DNA of 64,000 bases from Octopus sinensis (lineage: Eukaryota): assembly GCF_006345805.1 (NCBI RefSeq), contig NC_042997.1, positions 167,834,001 to 167,898,000 of the forward strand, given 5' to 3'. A model generated the notes under the pieces. The model saw only the letters and a program-made list of their open reading frames with translations. It made no database searches and was not told the origin of the DNA. Shown here piece after piece: positions 26,503-40,301 of this stretch. The number at the start of each line of letters is the position of its first letter. Position 1 is the first letter of the stretch. The position numbers were made by a program, and so were the translations under genes.

Positions 26503-28646
26503 TATAGAACGTATATCTTAAAAATTAAGAGACCTGTTAACATAATATGTAGTGCAGCAACTGTACTTAGTTAAAGTAACATTATATATACTGTAAAAAA
26601 TTGGAGAGAAACATGGTAAAATTGTGGTGAGCTGGCAGAAATGTTAGCACGCCAGGTGAAATGCTTAGTGGTATTTTGCCTGCTGTTACGTTCTGAGTTT
26701 AAGTTCTGCCGAGGTTGATTTTGCCTTTCATCCTTTGGGGATCGATAAATTAAGTACCAGTTACACACTGGGGTCGATGTAATCGACTTAATCCCTTTAT
26801 CTATCCTTGTTTGTCCTCTCTATGTTTAGCCCCTTGTGAGCAATAAAGAAATAAGAAACATGGTAAATCTGTATGCTTATATGTAACATTCCTATCCACA
26901 ATGTGGGAATGTAGTCAAACCTTGTACTGTACTCACTGTCATAAATATCATTTTCAAATTTGGACTCAAAGCTAGCAATTTCAGAGTAGGAGGTGAGTCG
27001 ATTACATCAACCCCAGTATTCAACTGGTACTTATTTCATCAATTCTGAAAGGGTGAAAGGTAAAGTTGATCTCAGTGGAATTTAAACTTGGAACATAAAG
27101 ATGTACGAAATGCTACTAAGTGTTTTGCTCAATATGCTAATAATTCTGTCAGTTCACAAGGCAGTGAGCTGACAGAAATGTTAGCATGCCTTGTGAAATG
27201 CTGAGCAGTATTTCATCTGTCCTTACGTCCTGAGTTCAAATTCTGCCGAGGTCGACTTTGCCTTTCATCCTTTCAGGGTCGATAAATTAAGTACCAGTTG
27301 TGTACTGGGGTCGATATAATCAACTGGCCCCCTCTCCAAAAATTTCGGGTCTTGTGCCTAGAGTAGAAAAGATTCTACCAGTTCACTGCCTTCTCACTGT
27401 ACATAAATATAGTAACACTAATTGTGTAACTTACCATCTATAGGAATGTATGTGTAGAATACCCACTGCCCTAGGCTGTGGTAACACTATGTGTGCTATG
27501 CCCACTGTATATAACATACTCATAGTACAAAATTATTGTGGTACTGTACATGTATCATGCCCACTTCACAGATATAGAGGGACGCTAAATGTACTAAAAG
27601 AAATATATGTAGTTTTTCTCCAATCCTCCTTCAAAAGAGCGCACTCCTGAAATATTCACTCCTCTCCCACCTTTCCTCTGTTGGTAAACTGTAACTGGAC
27701 ATCAACAATTCTTCTTATACCCTGTTATCCTTATCTTATTAGTAAAGGGTGTATAGCTATGAGTACTGATGATCATTTTTTTTGTTTTGTTTTGTTTTTA
27801 TGTCTAATCAGAGAATAAAGAACAGCTCCCATAGTCTATTGAAGGACTCCAAGACTGATGGTTAAAAAAAATGAGTGGAACTGGAGGCTTGGTTTGAATG
27901 CTTGCAACAGAGTGGACCCCTTTAAAAACACCTAGTTGCTAGAAATGATCTCTCTGATAAGTTCCTGCAAAGTTTTCATTACTCAGTTTCCTTCATAAAG
28001 CTTTTTGTCAAACTGAGGCTATAGTAGAAAACACTTTACTGCACAGTGAGATCAAATCTAGAACCATGTAGCCACAATGCTGTTGAGAGGAAGCCCCCAA
28101 AACTGCACATTCTCTCCTAAAAACCTCATAAGCTTGCCAGCATCTGGTATGTGGAGCTTTCAACTGGTAGCACTTGCATCGGCAAGTTGATTGCAAAAAG
28201 TCATAAGCAATTGCTGTGTTATAGATCCTAAATAAATTTTAAAGTTTTAATTTAAAGATAAGCTGTCAGAAGCCTTGTCTATTCTCTATTTCCTAGACAA
28301 ATAAATATGTTTTAATCTTAAGTTATCAAAGTCCTTGCCTAATTCCTAAAAAATTTTAAATTTAAGTTAAGTTACCAAAGTCAAGCAATTATGTAAAAAT
28401 CTGTTATTTTCTATGTAGCTCTCCACACAACAGCATTATGATTATGGAATGAGAGCTGTGAGGTCTGTATTGACAGCTGTGGGTAACCTCAAGCTGATGT
28501 ACCCAGACCGAAGTGAAGCACTTTTGGTCTTAAAATCAATCAAAGATGTCAACTTGCCAAAAGTAAGATTTTATTTTTAGTTGTGCTTCTGTTTTCTGAC
28601 ACTTTTTTTGTTGTTGATCTAGAGCAATTTATATGTAGGATACTGA

Positions 28647-28703
<57 letters not shown>

Positions 28704-31700
28704 CATGGAAAGCGGACGTTAAATGATGATGATGATGTGTCTGTGTATGCATACATGCATGTACATATGTAGAACTGCTCCCTACATATATAAATATAAG
28801 ATATATGAATGAGCCTATGATGAAACTGAATGCTGTTAAGTATATATACCACAATAATAACACAAAAATCACCCTCAAATCACTTTCTGCTATCTTAAGA
28901 AGTTTACATTCAATAATGTAATCCAAAGTGAAGTATTTAAAGGCAAACAAAGACAGTATTGTTCATGGTTTTGATTAACAGTCTACTCAATCAGACCACA
29001 TTACTTAAGGGTGAATAAAGGTTTCAAATTTTTATGTGAAGTCAGCAATTTTAGAGAGAGAGGGGGAATAAGTTAATTACATCAATCCCAGTGCTCAACT
29101 GGTACTTAGTTCATCAATCCCAAAAGGATGAAAAGCAAGTGAACTTCAACAGTATTTGAATTCAAAATGTAAAGCTGGAAGAAATACTCCTAAACATTTT
29201 ATCTGATATGATAAATTAAATAACAACAACAATAATAAATCTATAGGTAAGCAGTATTATATAAGGTCTTTGACCTAGACACATAGTACTCAAAGGTAAA
29301 ATTCACCTAAAGTAGGTGTCACAGGCTGGTATAATTCAGTGCTATAAGAAGCAGTAGGCCTGTGGATTTGAGAAATGTATGAGTTTTTTTTTCCCAATAC
29401 AGGTTTTTCTAATGCTTATGATAAAATATATGTGCAATATACCAACATACTGTCCAAGACATATTATTTTCTCAACAACATATTACTAGGCATGGGAAAA
29501 AACTGAAATGACCATTAGTTTCCATTGACAGAAACAGATAAATAAATAATTTCAAGAAATACTATAGCATAATAAGAAACAGTAGTTCAGGGTGTTAACT
29601 TTACAAATCTTCATCATCATCATTCCTTTAATTTCTTTTATTGCAGTTCCTTTCTCAAGATATCACATTATTTGAAGGAATAATATCAGATCTGTTCCCA
29701 GGATTAGAATTACCTCAGAGTGAATACAGTCATTTAGAGATGGCAATAAAGAGGACTTTAGACATAAGGAACCTGCAGCCTGTACCTTGGTATATTGAAA
29801 AAATAATCCAGGTATTCATCTACCATTTTTTTTTACTATGTAGAGCAAAAGTGAATCTGCTTATTTAAATATGCATGCATGTAGGAATGGATGAATGTAT
29901 GTATACATGTATGTATGAATATATGTATATGTTATACCATTCATACTATGCATATTAAATGCAACCATTTGACATGATAGCACATTCATTGCCATTCTTT
30001 TCTCTTACATGCCATTCTAATCCATAACTCCCCAAGTTCACCACCTCAACTATAACCATCTCTGAGTTTCTGAGCATGCTTCCCAAGAAAAAACTAAACA
30101 TAGACACCACATACTCATTTGCCATTAACATCAGACTTAGCTTTTATTGGGTTGTCCGGAAAGTTTGTGCCAATTTATAGTAGCTTACCTTTAAACTTAA
30201 TTTAGAACATGGTTGAGTCCATAAAATAGGATTTGACTACACCTCCATTTAGAGCACAATTTAAGCTATCTTTTCGTGGAAGAAGGTTTATGTTCCTATA
30301 ACCTGTGTTAATGCTGTAACCCTTTAAAATGGAAGATAAGAAAGTTCATTTTTGGTACTTGATGATTTGGGAACCAGACAAAAATTGCTGCAGCTAGGCT
30401 GGGATATGTTACCCCACCCTCCATATTCACCAGATATTGCTCCTTCGGATTTCCAATTATTCAGGTCTCTGCAGAATAGTCTTAATGGTAACAATTTCAA
30501 TTCCTTGGATGACATAAAAAGATATCTTGATTAATTCTTTACCATGAAACCACCTCAATTCTGGGAAGAGGGTATTTTCAAGTTAAAGGAAAGATGGAAA
30601 CTCATTGTGCAACAAAACGGTTCATATTTGGTTGATTAAAAATGTATTTATTGACCATTTTCTTTCCTTTAAAAATCGGCATGAACTTTCTGGACAACTC
30701 AGTACATTTGACTCAGTTTTAATGCTTGACTCACTCTTAACAAATGATCTAATCTTAACATATTACCTAAAATTATTGTCTTTTCTGTGAGCAATCATAT
30801 CTAATAAAATAAGAAAACTATATGTGATATATTTTCATAATGAAAATATTGTTAGTTTTATGTTGATTTATTTATATTTTTTTACCATCAACCCTGACAG
30901 ATATACAATATGATCTTGGTACGCCATGGTTTAATGATTGTTGGGGAACCTATAGCTGGCAAGACCTGTGCCTATAAGGTACTGGCTGATGCACTTGGAG
31001 AGCTTTCTCAACAAAATCTTATGGATGAGAATCAGGTAAGATATTGCTTTGTTTTATTATATTTCTTCATTTTCCGTAATTACATTTATGGCAAGCAAAG
31101 GAATTTGATGATGGTTCTCTAATCCAATGGATACTGTAGCATAAATAGTTAGCTTCTGTCAAAATGAATCAGTGATCCAGTTTCATTTACTTTTTTCTTC
31201 TTCTCTTCAAATAGATGCAACTGAGATGCATCTCGCAATGTTGCACAAGGAGTCTCTATCCTCCATCACCTTTGGTAAAGCCACAATTTTATGTTGTTGC
31301 CTTTACCAATAACAGGTAGTTGAGTGAGTGGTCTTTGTCCTCAATTAAGATGCATAGGTTTCTAAAATAAATAAGATATAACCTGTTGTTCAGTATGATA
31401 ACAGTGGCCAACTTTGAGCAATGATAGTAGAAATGAGTGTTAGCTATTCTACTGTTTGAGGGTGTTTACTGAAAGGAAGAAAGACAATGTGGATTCATGT
31501 CCTCCTATTTCTTGCAGGATCTCTAAGACTAGTTGAAGAAATGAAGAAGGAACTAGAGACCTAATCTGAATGCTTGCATTATGAGAGTTTCTCTCATAGT
31601 AAGTACTGCAGTATAGTGGGGACAAATATTACCTCATAGTACAGAATGTTATCACTCTAGTACATATCGTGTATGGTGTACAAACGTTATATCATACACA

Positions 31701-34700
31701 ATTTATATAGACAATGTTGAGTTATTTCTCACAAACACCGGACCATGCTATAACAACATTTTCTGTTGTAATATATAATAGTATCCTCTGCAGAGTCCAA
31801 ACCTATGCAAGGTTTTATTATGGAAGACCAACAGCCACTGTTACAACAAATTTCTCTTCTCCATGCCATTGATGTTGTCCTGTGGAAAGGCTGAGCTGCA
31901 TATGGTGTGCCACCTGTGCCTTTGCAGGAAACTCAGAACATCAAGAACCAGAACAAGTACCACTAATCATTTTGTCCAAAGTACTAAGGATTTTGTTAAT
32001 TCATTGAATTTTATTTATCAACCCTACAACTCCAGAAAGATGAAAAGCAGTTTTAGTACACATGTTCATAATGGGTCTGGTACATATACAGAGTTGCCCC
32101 CACACACTGCCACCATAAACTGTTACAATTTCTACTGTATAACACATAGATGAGGATGATGATAACAACAATAGTAGTTGTGGTAGTAATAATGATAGCA
32201 ATCATATGTTGTTGTTGCTGTTGTTTTTGTTGTTGGTCGGTGATGAGTGATGATGATGATGCCAAACTTACAGTCAACCAGAAAAATTGAGTTTTATGTT
32301 ATTTTTCATTGCAGGTTGACTACCAAATTATTAACCCGAAAGCCATAACAATGGGTCAGCTGTATGGTAGATGTGACCCAATCACTAATGAATGGACTGA
32401 TGGTAAACTCATTGTGCATATTCCCATTAACGCAAACATGGAGAGATAATACATACCTATATTGCTTTTTCGTGAGAAAAAAATTATTAGTACCAACACT
32501 TCAAAACAAAGTATGCTTGAACAAATGAGAAGATCCCTTTATACAAAACCTTTGATAGCCTTGTTAACCCACAAGTAAAGTGCGTGTATATGTATATCTC
32601 TATAAATATTTTTTTAGAAATAAAATGTCTTTTAGTAGTGTACAGAATGATATATTGCTAATAATAATGTGTTGTGATACATTTCACTAAATATCAGAAA
32701 ATGCTAACACATTCATGAACATCAAACAACATCGTGCAATATGACATATTAAGTCAAACATCAATATTTGCTATACATTACATCAGTTTTTCAGCCACTG
32801 TTGTCACACAATACATCATAGCATTAGGTCTTGGACATTATTGTTAAACATTATTATATGTCACATTAGAAAACATTATTATATTTTACATCAGAAAACA
32901 ATGTCAAATTCTCATTAGTAAACATTGCTGTACGTTACATCCGAAAGTGTTGCATGCTTTATCAAATCACATTGTTGTATGTAACATTAGGAAACATTGT
33001 CATGTTACATCAGTAAACATTCTCATGTTACATCAGGCATCAGTCAATAATGTTAAATATTAGATCTGTGCAATTGTCATATATCAGGCATATGACAGTA
33101 TTGGTTGGTATTAGAAAGTGTTAGGTATGAAATAATGTCATACATTAGACATGTGACAGTATTGTCCTATGTCATTATTGTTGTTTAGTTTATATTTGCC
33201 ATCACAAAGCTGATTCCTTATGACTAATCTTAATGTTTCACCTAATTTCTTAGGAGTTCTGGCCAACAGCTTCAGAGAACATGCTTCAAGCACATCAAAA
33301 AACCGTAAATGGATGGTGTTTGATGGTCCTGTTGATGCTATTTGGATTGAAAATATGAACACAGTCCTAGATGACAACAAGAAGGTAATAATTTTATGCT
33401 CTTAGCCCTTAGTCAGTCAAACAGAGCTGACTTATGATCAAAGGCGTTCCAGCTCTGACCACCCTGACAGACACAGAGCCCTTAAATCACATTATCTTGT
33501 GTGTGTCCTCTTTTTTTATGACAGTAGGGTATGGTTCAAAAGAGTTTGGGCAGCTATTTCTTGCAGCGCACATGACTACATAGAGGCTTTATGGTTGGTT
33601 TATATAGGCAGCTAGTTGAAAAACAGAGTATGACCCACAAATCTTGCATTCTGGATATTTCATATCTTCATTTTGTTAAGGACTCTTAACAACATCTCCA
33701 GCATATTGATCTATGGTGTCAAACAATGAATTTTTTCTCAATCATTATGTATTCCTTCCATGACAATCTTATATTTATTTTTGAACTGTGTTACAAAAAC
33801 TTCAACCATATACTTATTCACGTTTCAGGAAGTAGGTGTTAGTTTGAAAGTTATTACTTAGTGACAACACAAAGTAATAACATAATGGTTCCCTCCTTGT
33901 CTTAATAAAGATGTTGAAATTAAATGTAACGGTAGTTTATGGTCCTCTTCATGACCAGATTTGGGAATTGGGAGCCAGAAAATTCCTGGACCTGATCAAT
34001 CATATAAATTTATCTCAGCCCATTAGCTTGTGACTAATGTCATAACAGAACAAAGAGGAAGCTTCTCTTGCTAAGATGAATAACTTTTGTAGTACTAGAG
34101 GCAAATAGTAAATGCATAAGAATTTGTGGGACTGTATATGTGCTGCCAAAGTCAATAAATCTTTATTTTTACAAATTACTAGGTAAATAACTTATATTAG
34201 ATTACTGTTTTTGTTTTAAATGTTAAATTACTTTATTTATATATATATATTTCAAGGTTTGGAGATGATATACAGGTATTATATATTAGAAAAAATAAGG
34301 TGCTCAGAAATCTGGATGGTTATATATTTACAGATCTGAAGACTCCACAAGAGTGGACGCAAGCACTAATATATGATTTATAAAAACATGTGACATATTA
34401 ATAAATATCTGTAAATATAAAACCATCCAGATTTCTGAGTATCTTATTTCTGCTAATATATATATAATGTTAAATTTCACAGACTTTGGCACAAAGAGTT
34501 TCAAATTTAAATGGAAAAATTCTGCCCACAGGCAAGGCAATCACTATCATTGCTCCATGTTGTTGCTCAGCCTTCTAAAAATTGTGGAAAAATCTTTTTT
34601 TTATACTACATCTTGTTTTAAAATAAAGGATGGATAATTTAGATAATGAAGCCTCAGATACACTGTCTGGACAAAGTAAAGATATGGTCACAGCTAGAAA

Positions 34701-37700
34701 ACCTTTGATCATAGGTCTGTTCAGTCAGAGTTGACATTTATAGTAGTGGTGGCAGTGAAATTTTATTTGAATCACAGGATATTACGTTTCTTACTGTATT
34801 CCTTTAAATTGTTTCAAAAATTGTTTGTAAATCTGAATATACTTCCAACCACTTACCTCTAAAATACTAAGCAAAGAATTAGCCAAGAGGACGCTTCTCC
34901 ATCATTGCTCACTCTGCTAGAAATAAGAGCCATTTACCTCTCAAAATACACTGTACTGGATAAAAGGACATTTTGGATAAAATACTCCATTAAATCAACT
35001 AGTTCAACCTGCTATTGATTTCAAAACAATGAGCTTTCTTAAATTAGCAACAAGGTGAGTATCCTATGGTATTTCATCCATTGCTTTCATATAGTGCACT
35101 ACAAAGCTAGCTCCTATTGTTAACAAACCTTTAAATTTTCCTGTCTCTTTTCCTATCTTATCAGTAAACTCTGAAATTTTGCTACAATGTGTTCCATTCC
35201 CACCTGACTCTACCAACTACTGACCTATCACTTCCACTCCCAACATCTCAAAAATTAGATAAAGCATTGTTAATCATCTTCTAAGTCTCTCTTCTTCCTC
35301 AGTGACCAGCGGTACAGCTTCTATAGGGTCATATCTATCAGGTACTTGCTATCCCCGTGTCACCTACAGGTAGCCCTCACCCTGACTATCTCAACAAAAG
35401 CTGTGCATTCCTTTGCCAAAAGAGGTAACAGAAATTTGTTACATGTTTTCTTCTCTCTAAACAGATTGCTCTGTCTAAATTATACTATCTGCAATATGCG
35501 TTTTGATTAACTATGTACTTATTTCGCTTTGTATGTGACCTCTCTATCCAGCTCTGTCTCATGAGTGGGGAAATAATACAGATGAGCAGCAAACAGAATA
35601 TGATATTTGAAGTGTGTCACCTTGAACAGGCATCTCCTGCCACTGTTAGCAGGTAAAGTATCTCATTTAATTTCTCATCTCTTTGTTTTTGTGTAGCTGA
35701 TCACATCCACAAGTACATCTCTTCCACAGCACACACTGTCATTCAGTAGTTGATAGTAAAATCTGTTGGGTGGCTAGAAATTAGGATGTCTTATGCTGAG
35801 TGATATGTATGTATTTGGGGTTTGTCAGAATGGGATGTGATGGAAAAGTCAGTGTGCTTAAGATACTGTAGGAGTTTTCTGAGGCAGTGGAAATCTTTAG
35901 GATATGTAGTATGGAAAATGTTGCAGTGGTCAGGATGTGTTTTGTGGGCTATAGTGTGGTTGTCAGAAGAGATTGAAGTGTGCCAGAAAATTGTTTAAAG
36001 AGAACATCAGGTATATTTAGAAGGTAAAAGTAAGAAGTTGGCCAATGTTCTAAGATGTGAAGATCAGAGATGTTAAGTATCCTGGATTGCAAAGCAGTGA
36101 GTAAGAGAAGATCAAGATGTCAGGAGGAGAAGGTGTGTAAGGCACTCTCTCTCATACAATGTTGAAAAGAAAGAGGCCTGTAAGTGTCATTATAACTGGT
36201 TATTGAAATAAAGAGAATGCATGGGAGAAAGTGAGTCTACTTCAAATTGAACCATCAGATCCAGTCATTCAAGATGACAGCAGTATGGTAGATAGGGCAA
36301 TTAAGGATATGAAAGTAGGAAAGATGCCCAGTCCATCAGGAATTGCTGTTGAAATACTTAAAATATTAGGTAAAGTATGATATAGACTGGTCATCTGGAT
36401 ACTAAATTAAGCATACAAAGGTGTTGTACTCAAAAGACTAGCATAGTAACATTATCATTAGTAGCTACAAGGACAAAGGAATTGTACTAGAGAGAGGACA
36501 TTACAGAAGTATTTAGATTAGGTTATAAAAGTTACTGAAAGAAGTATAGTGGAATTGATTAGGAAGAGAAATAACAAGGATGTGAGGCAGTTTGGCTCTA
36601 CTCCAGGAAGAAGTATTAATGCTATCTTTCTAGTGAGAAAACTGAAGGAGAAGTATCTAATCAGAGAAGTATCAACCTAGAGAAGGCCATTCATAGGGTT
36701 CCACTCTCTGATCTGTGACCTCAGTGTGGTCAGTAAGGAAGCTTGGAGTAGATGAATACCATGTAGAGAAGTGTAGTTAGCATATACATAATGGACCTCA
36801 TCAGATCTGCATATTCCCTGTTGATGGTTTGATTGACATCCATCAGTCACTATCATCATTTATACACTTCTTGCTGGGACATCCTTAATCATTGGTCTGC
36901 TTGATCAAGACTGACCTGGGGCTAAACAACAACTTCACTCCTCTCTCACTGTAATTTTGTTGCAACCTTTCTGCTACTTTTCTTCACCTTCAATGCATTC
37001 TTATTGCATCCATGCTAATAATTATACAGCAATTTTCTAGCAAACTCACTTTGCATTACTTCCTTTTCAGATGTGGTATGATTTATATGGATGCACTTCA
37101 ACTGGGATGGAACACCTTAGTGAAATCTTGGATGCAGAAAACTTTGAAAGATTTTACTAAAGGAGAAAAGAACACAATAGAAGTTAGTATACATTTTGTA
37201 TAGTTAAAAAAGAAAAAAAAACAACCAAAAAGAGTACTAATGATTTACATTGGCCAAAATTGTATTGGATCGTCCCATAAATAACAATGCTTTTTTTATA
37301 CTTCTTTTATTTTTCAAAATTAAAATAAACAAACTTCTTTTTCTAATCTAAAATATAATGTCCTTCATTTTTTACAATGCTCTTCCCTCTATCTGGTAGA
37401 CTTGCAAGGCTACTCTTCCAAAGTTCACTTGAAATATACTCCTCCTGTACTGTTCTGACCTTGTCTACAAAATTCATGTTTTTTCTATCCAAATGATTTT
37501 GAAAATTGCGGAATAAATAATAATCAGATGGGGTAATGTCTGGTAAATATGGTGGGTGGAGCATTGTTTCCTATTCAAACTGCTCCAGCCTTTGGAATGT
37601 CATTATCGCTGTATGTGGCTGAGCATTATCCTGATGGAAGAACACCTTTCGTCTTGAAACCAAAGATGGTCGCTTTTCTTCTTGTGCTCACTAAAGCTGC

Positions 37701-40265
37701 TCAAGCTGTTCACAGAAGATCTCCTTTGTTATCATTTGGTTTGGGTTTAAAAGTTCAAGGTGGACCAAACCTTTCATATCCCACCAAAAAGATAACAACA
37801 CCTTACATGGGTAAAGACCTTCTTTAGCCTGGGGTGCTGCCAATGTTTCTCCTTTCCCTACCCACTGTCTTTGGCACTTGACATTTTTTCAGAGAACCCA
37901 TTTCTCATCACCAGTCACCATTTGGTCTCAAAAAGGTTCATGCATGAGACTTGGCAACAAAGGAGAGCACACATTCACTCTCTGCATGCAATTAGACTTG
38001 GAAAGTTTGTGAGGGACCACTGACCCAATTTGCTGACTTTTCCAATGGCACACAGGTATCGATGAAAAGTTAAATGACCAAATCCAAGCTTCTCTGCTAG
38101 TTCCTCAACAGTTACAATGGGATTTTGTTCCACCAGGGTTTGCAGGACATCCTTGTCAAGCTCTACAGATCTTCCAGGAAGAGGCTTATCAGCAGTTTCC
38201 AGCTCAGAATTTTTAGAGCCACCACTGACACTGGCTTATGCTTATTGTCCAATCCCCATTTACTTCATTCATATTCCTCACACTTTCTATTGCATTGTTG
38301 CTTTTATTGAACTCATAAAGCAAAATATGCTTTATCACTTCCATTATTGCTTTAAAAAAAAACTGTTAAAATCAAACTGCACTCTTCAAAACTTGTACTA
38401 AGAATAATTACATGGTAAAATTACTGCCTGCTTCTATAGCAAGTTGATGCAGGTAGTTTATCCTGTCCCCCTCTGACTTTTGGTTCATGCAATTGAAAAA
38501 AAATCATATTATTTATGGGATGACCCAATATTTATTGATATATAAATAAAATTACTTTAGTAGGTATGCCATCATGACAGTAATTTGAACTCACATCCAC
38601 AAATTTGTGACTTCTCAATTAAGTTTATTAAAATCAGTTTATGTCATTTTCAGGAACTGATATGTTACACTACTAGCATCATCAGCTATATATGTAATCA
38701 AATCTTCCACTAAACTGCTATAAATACCTGTTGCTGAACTGCTTGTTCTAAGGTTTGAACCTGAGTTGATAGAAATAAATGTAGAGAAAGAAAAATAATT
38801 GCTTCAATGCAATGGAAATGTAACTATTCACCCCTGTGGTAGACTGGTCCAAACAATAGATTGTTCAAATGAATATTGCTGAAAAAAAAATTACTTTACT
38901 TTTCCCTTCTCTACAGATTGGCTTTCAAGCTGTTATGCTGCTAATGGAGTAAATCATTTGCTATTCAGAGTCATATCTCAACAACTTTCATCAGCAGCAC
39001 TTACTATTATTTTATCTGCAATCTTGACATTACAGCAACCAACAAATAAGCAGAAAGTTACTGACCTTAGATTTGAAGCCACACAGCTTGCTTACCAATT
39101 CTCTTTAAATAAGTACTAACCCTGCAGACCGTGCATTGACAGTGTTCATTTAACCCTAATATGATGTTTAATTAATTACAACTTGGTTTAAGTTATAAAG
39201 CTACTCAACTTTTGTTTCTCTGTACAAACTAAGCCAACTTTGATGAGTTGTGTGAACTTATAATATAGAACTGGATAAGGCGGCGAGCTGGCAGAAACGT
39301 TAGCACGTCGGGCGAAATGCTTAGCGATATTTTGTCTGTCTTTACATTCTGAGTTCAAATTCCGCCGAGGTCGACTTTCCCTTTCATCCTTTCGGGGTTG
39401 ATAAATTAATTACCAGTTGCATACTGGGGTCAATGTAATTGACTGGCCCCCTCCCCAAAATTTTCGGGTCTTGTGCCTAGAGCAGAAAAGAATATACAAC
39501 TGGATGTAATAACCACTGCAGCCAACCCAATTTACAGTTAAAATCCATAGCAAGTTTTGCAGCTAACTTACACATTCTTTGACCTTTGGATTCTTCTTTC
39601 AGCTAGTCTCAATCTGAGACACGTGCTTGACAGAATAATTACACAAAATTATAAATCATTTCTGGTAGTTTCCATATTTATTATGTTTTGCTCTACTTTT
39701 TGATGGTGCTCTAACAGAAACTATAATCCACACGCACCCCGTATAACACTTTTTCTATCATTTATGTTCAATGATCATTCTTATATGACATTTCTACAAA
39801 TGTGTGCACATATCTTGTTCTTTCATACTAACACATGAATTGTTGTCTTCTATAACCTTTGAACTGTTGTTTATATTACTTTGAATTGTTGCTTAATATT
39901 TAAAATGCTGTCTAATATTATGAACTGTTGCTTAATACTATTCTTAATCACTTTGAACCAATGCCTTATATAATACTTAAACTACAGATTATATTATTTT
40001 GATCATCTGTTTTTGTATCAATAATTATTACCCCATTACTTAAGTACAGATGGGAAAACTCAAAATAAACTTTTGTATATATGTAAATACAGTTACTGCA
40101 TTTGTTGTACTCTTGTCACAATTATTCATTACTATTTTTTCTTATTCTTATACTTTTATACATCCAATTATTCTAACAAGGTCTATCAGTTATTTTTCAG
40201 CTATTTTACCAGTTTTGAAAATACTTTAACAGTGACTGTCTTCAACTTATACTGCTTATACATAT

Positions 40266-40301
<36 letters not shown>

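Noticed and set aside
31216-31245. Palindrome GAGATGCATCTC within TGCAAC/GTTGCA
   Set aside because: Too short and isolated to exceed chance in 64 kb.
37263-38530. Active or domesticated mariner transposase
   Set aside because: Frameshifts and stops break the ORF; only a 73-aa piece is open.
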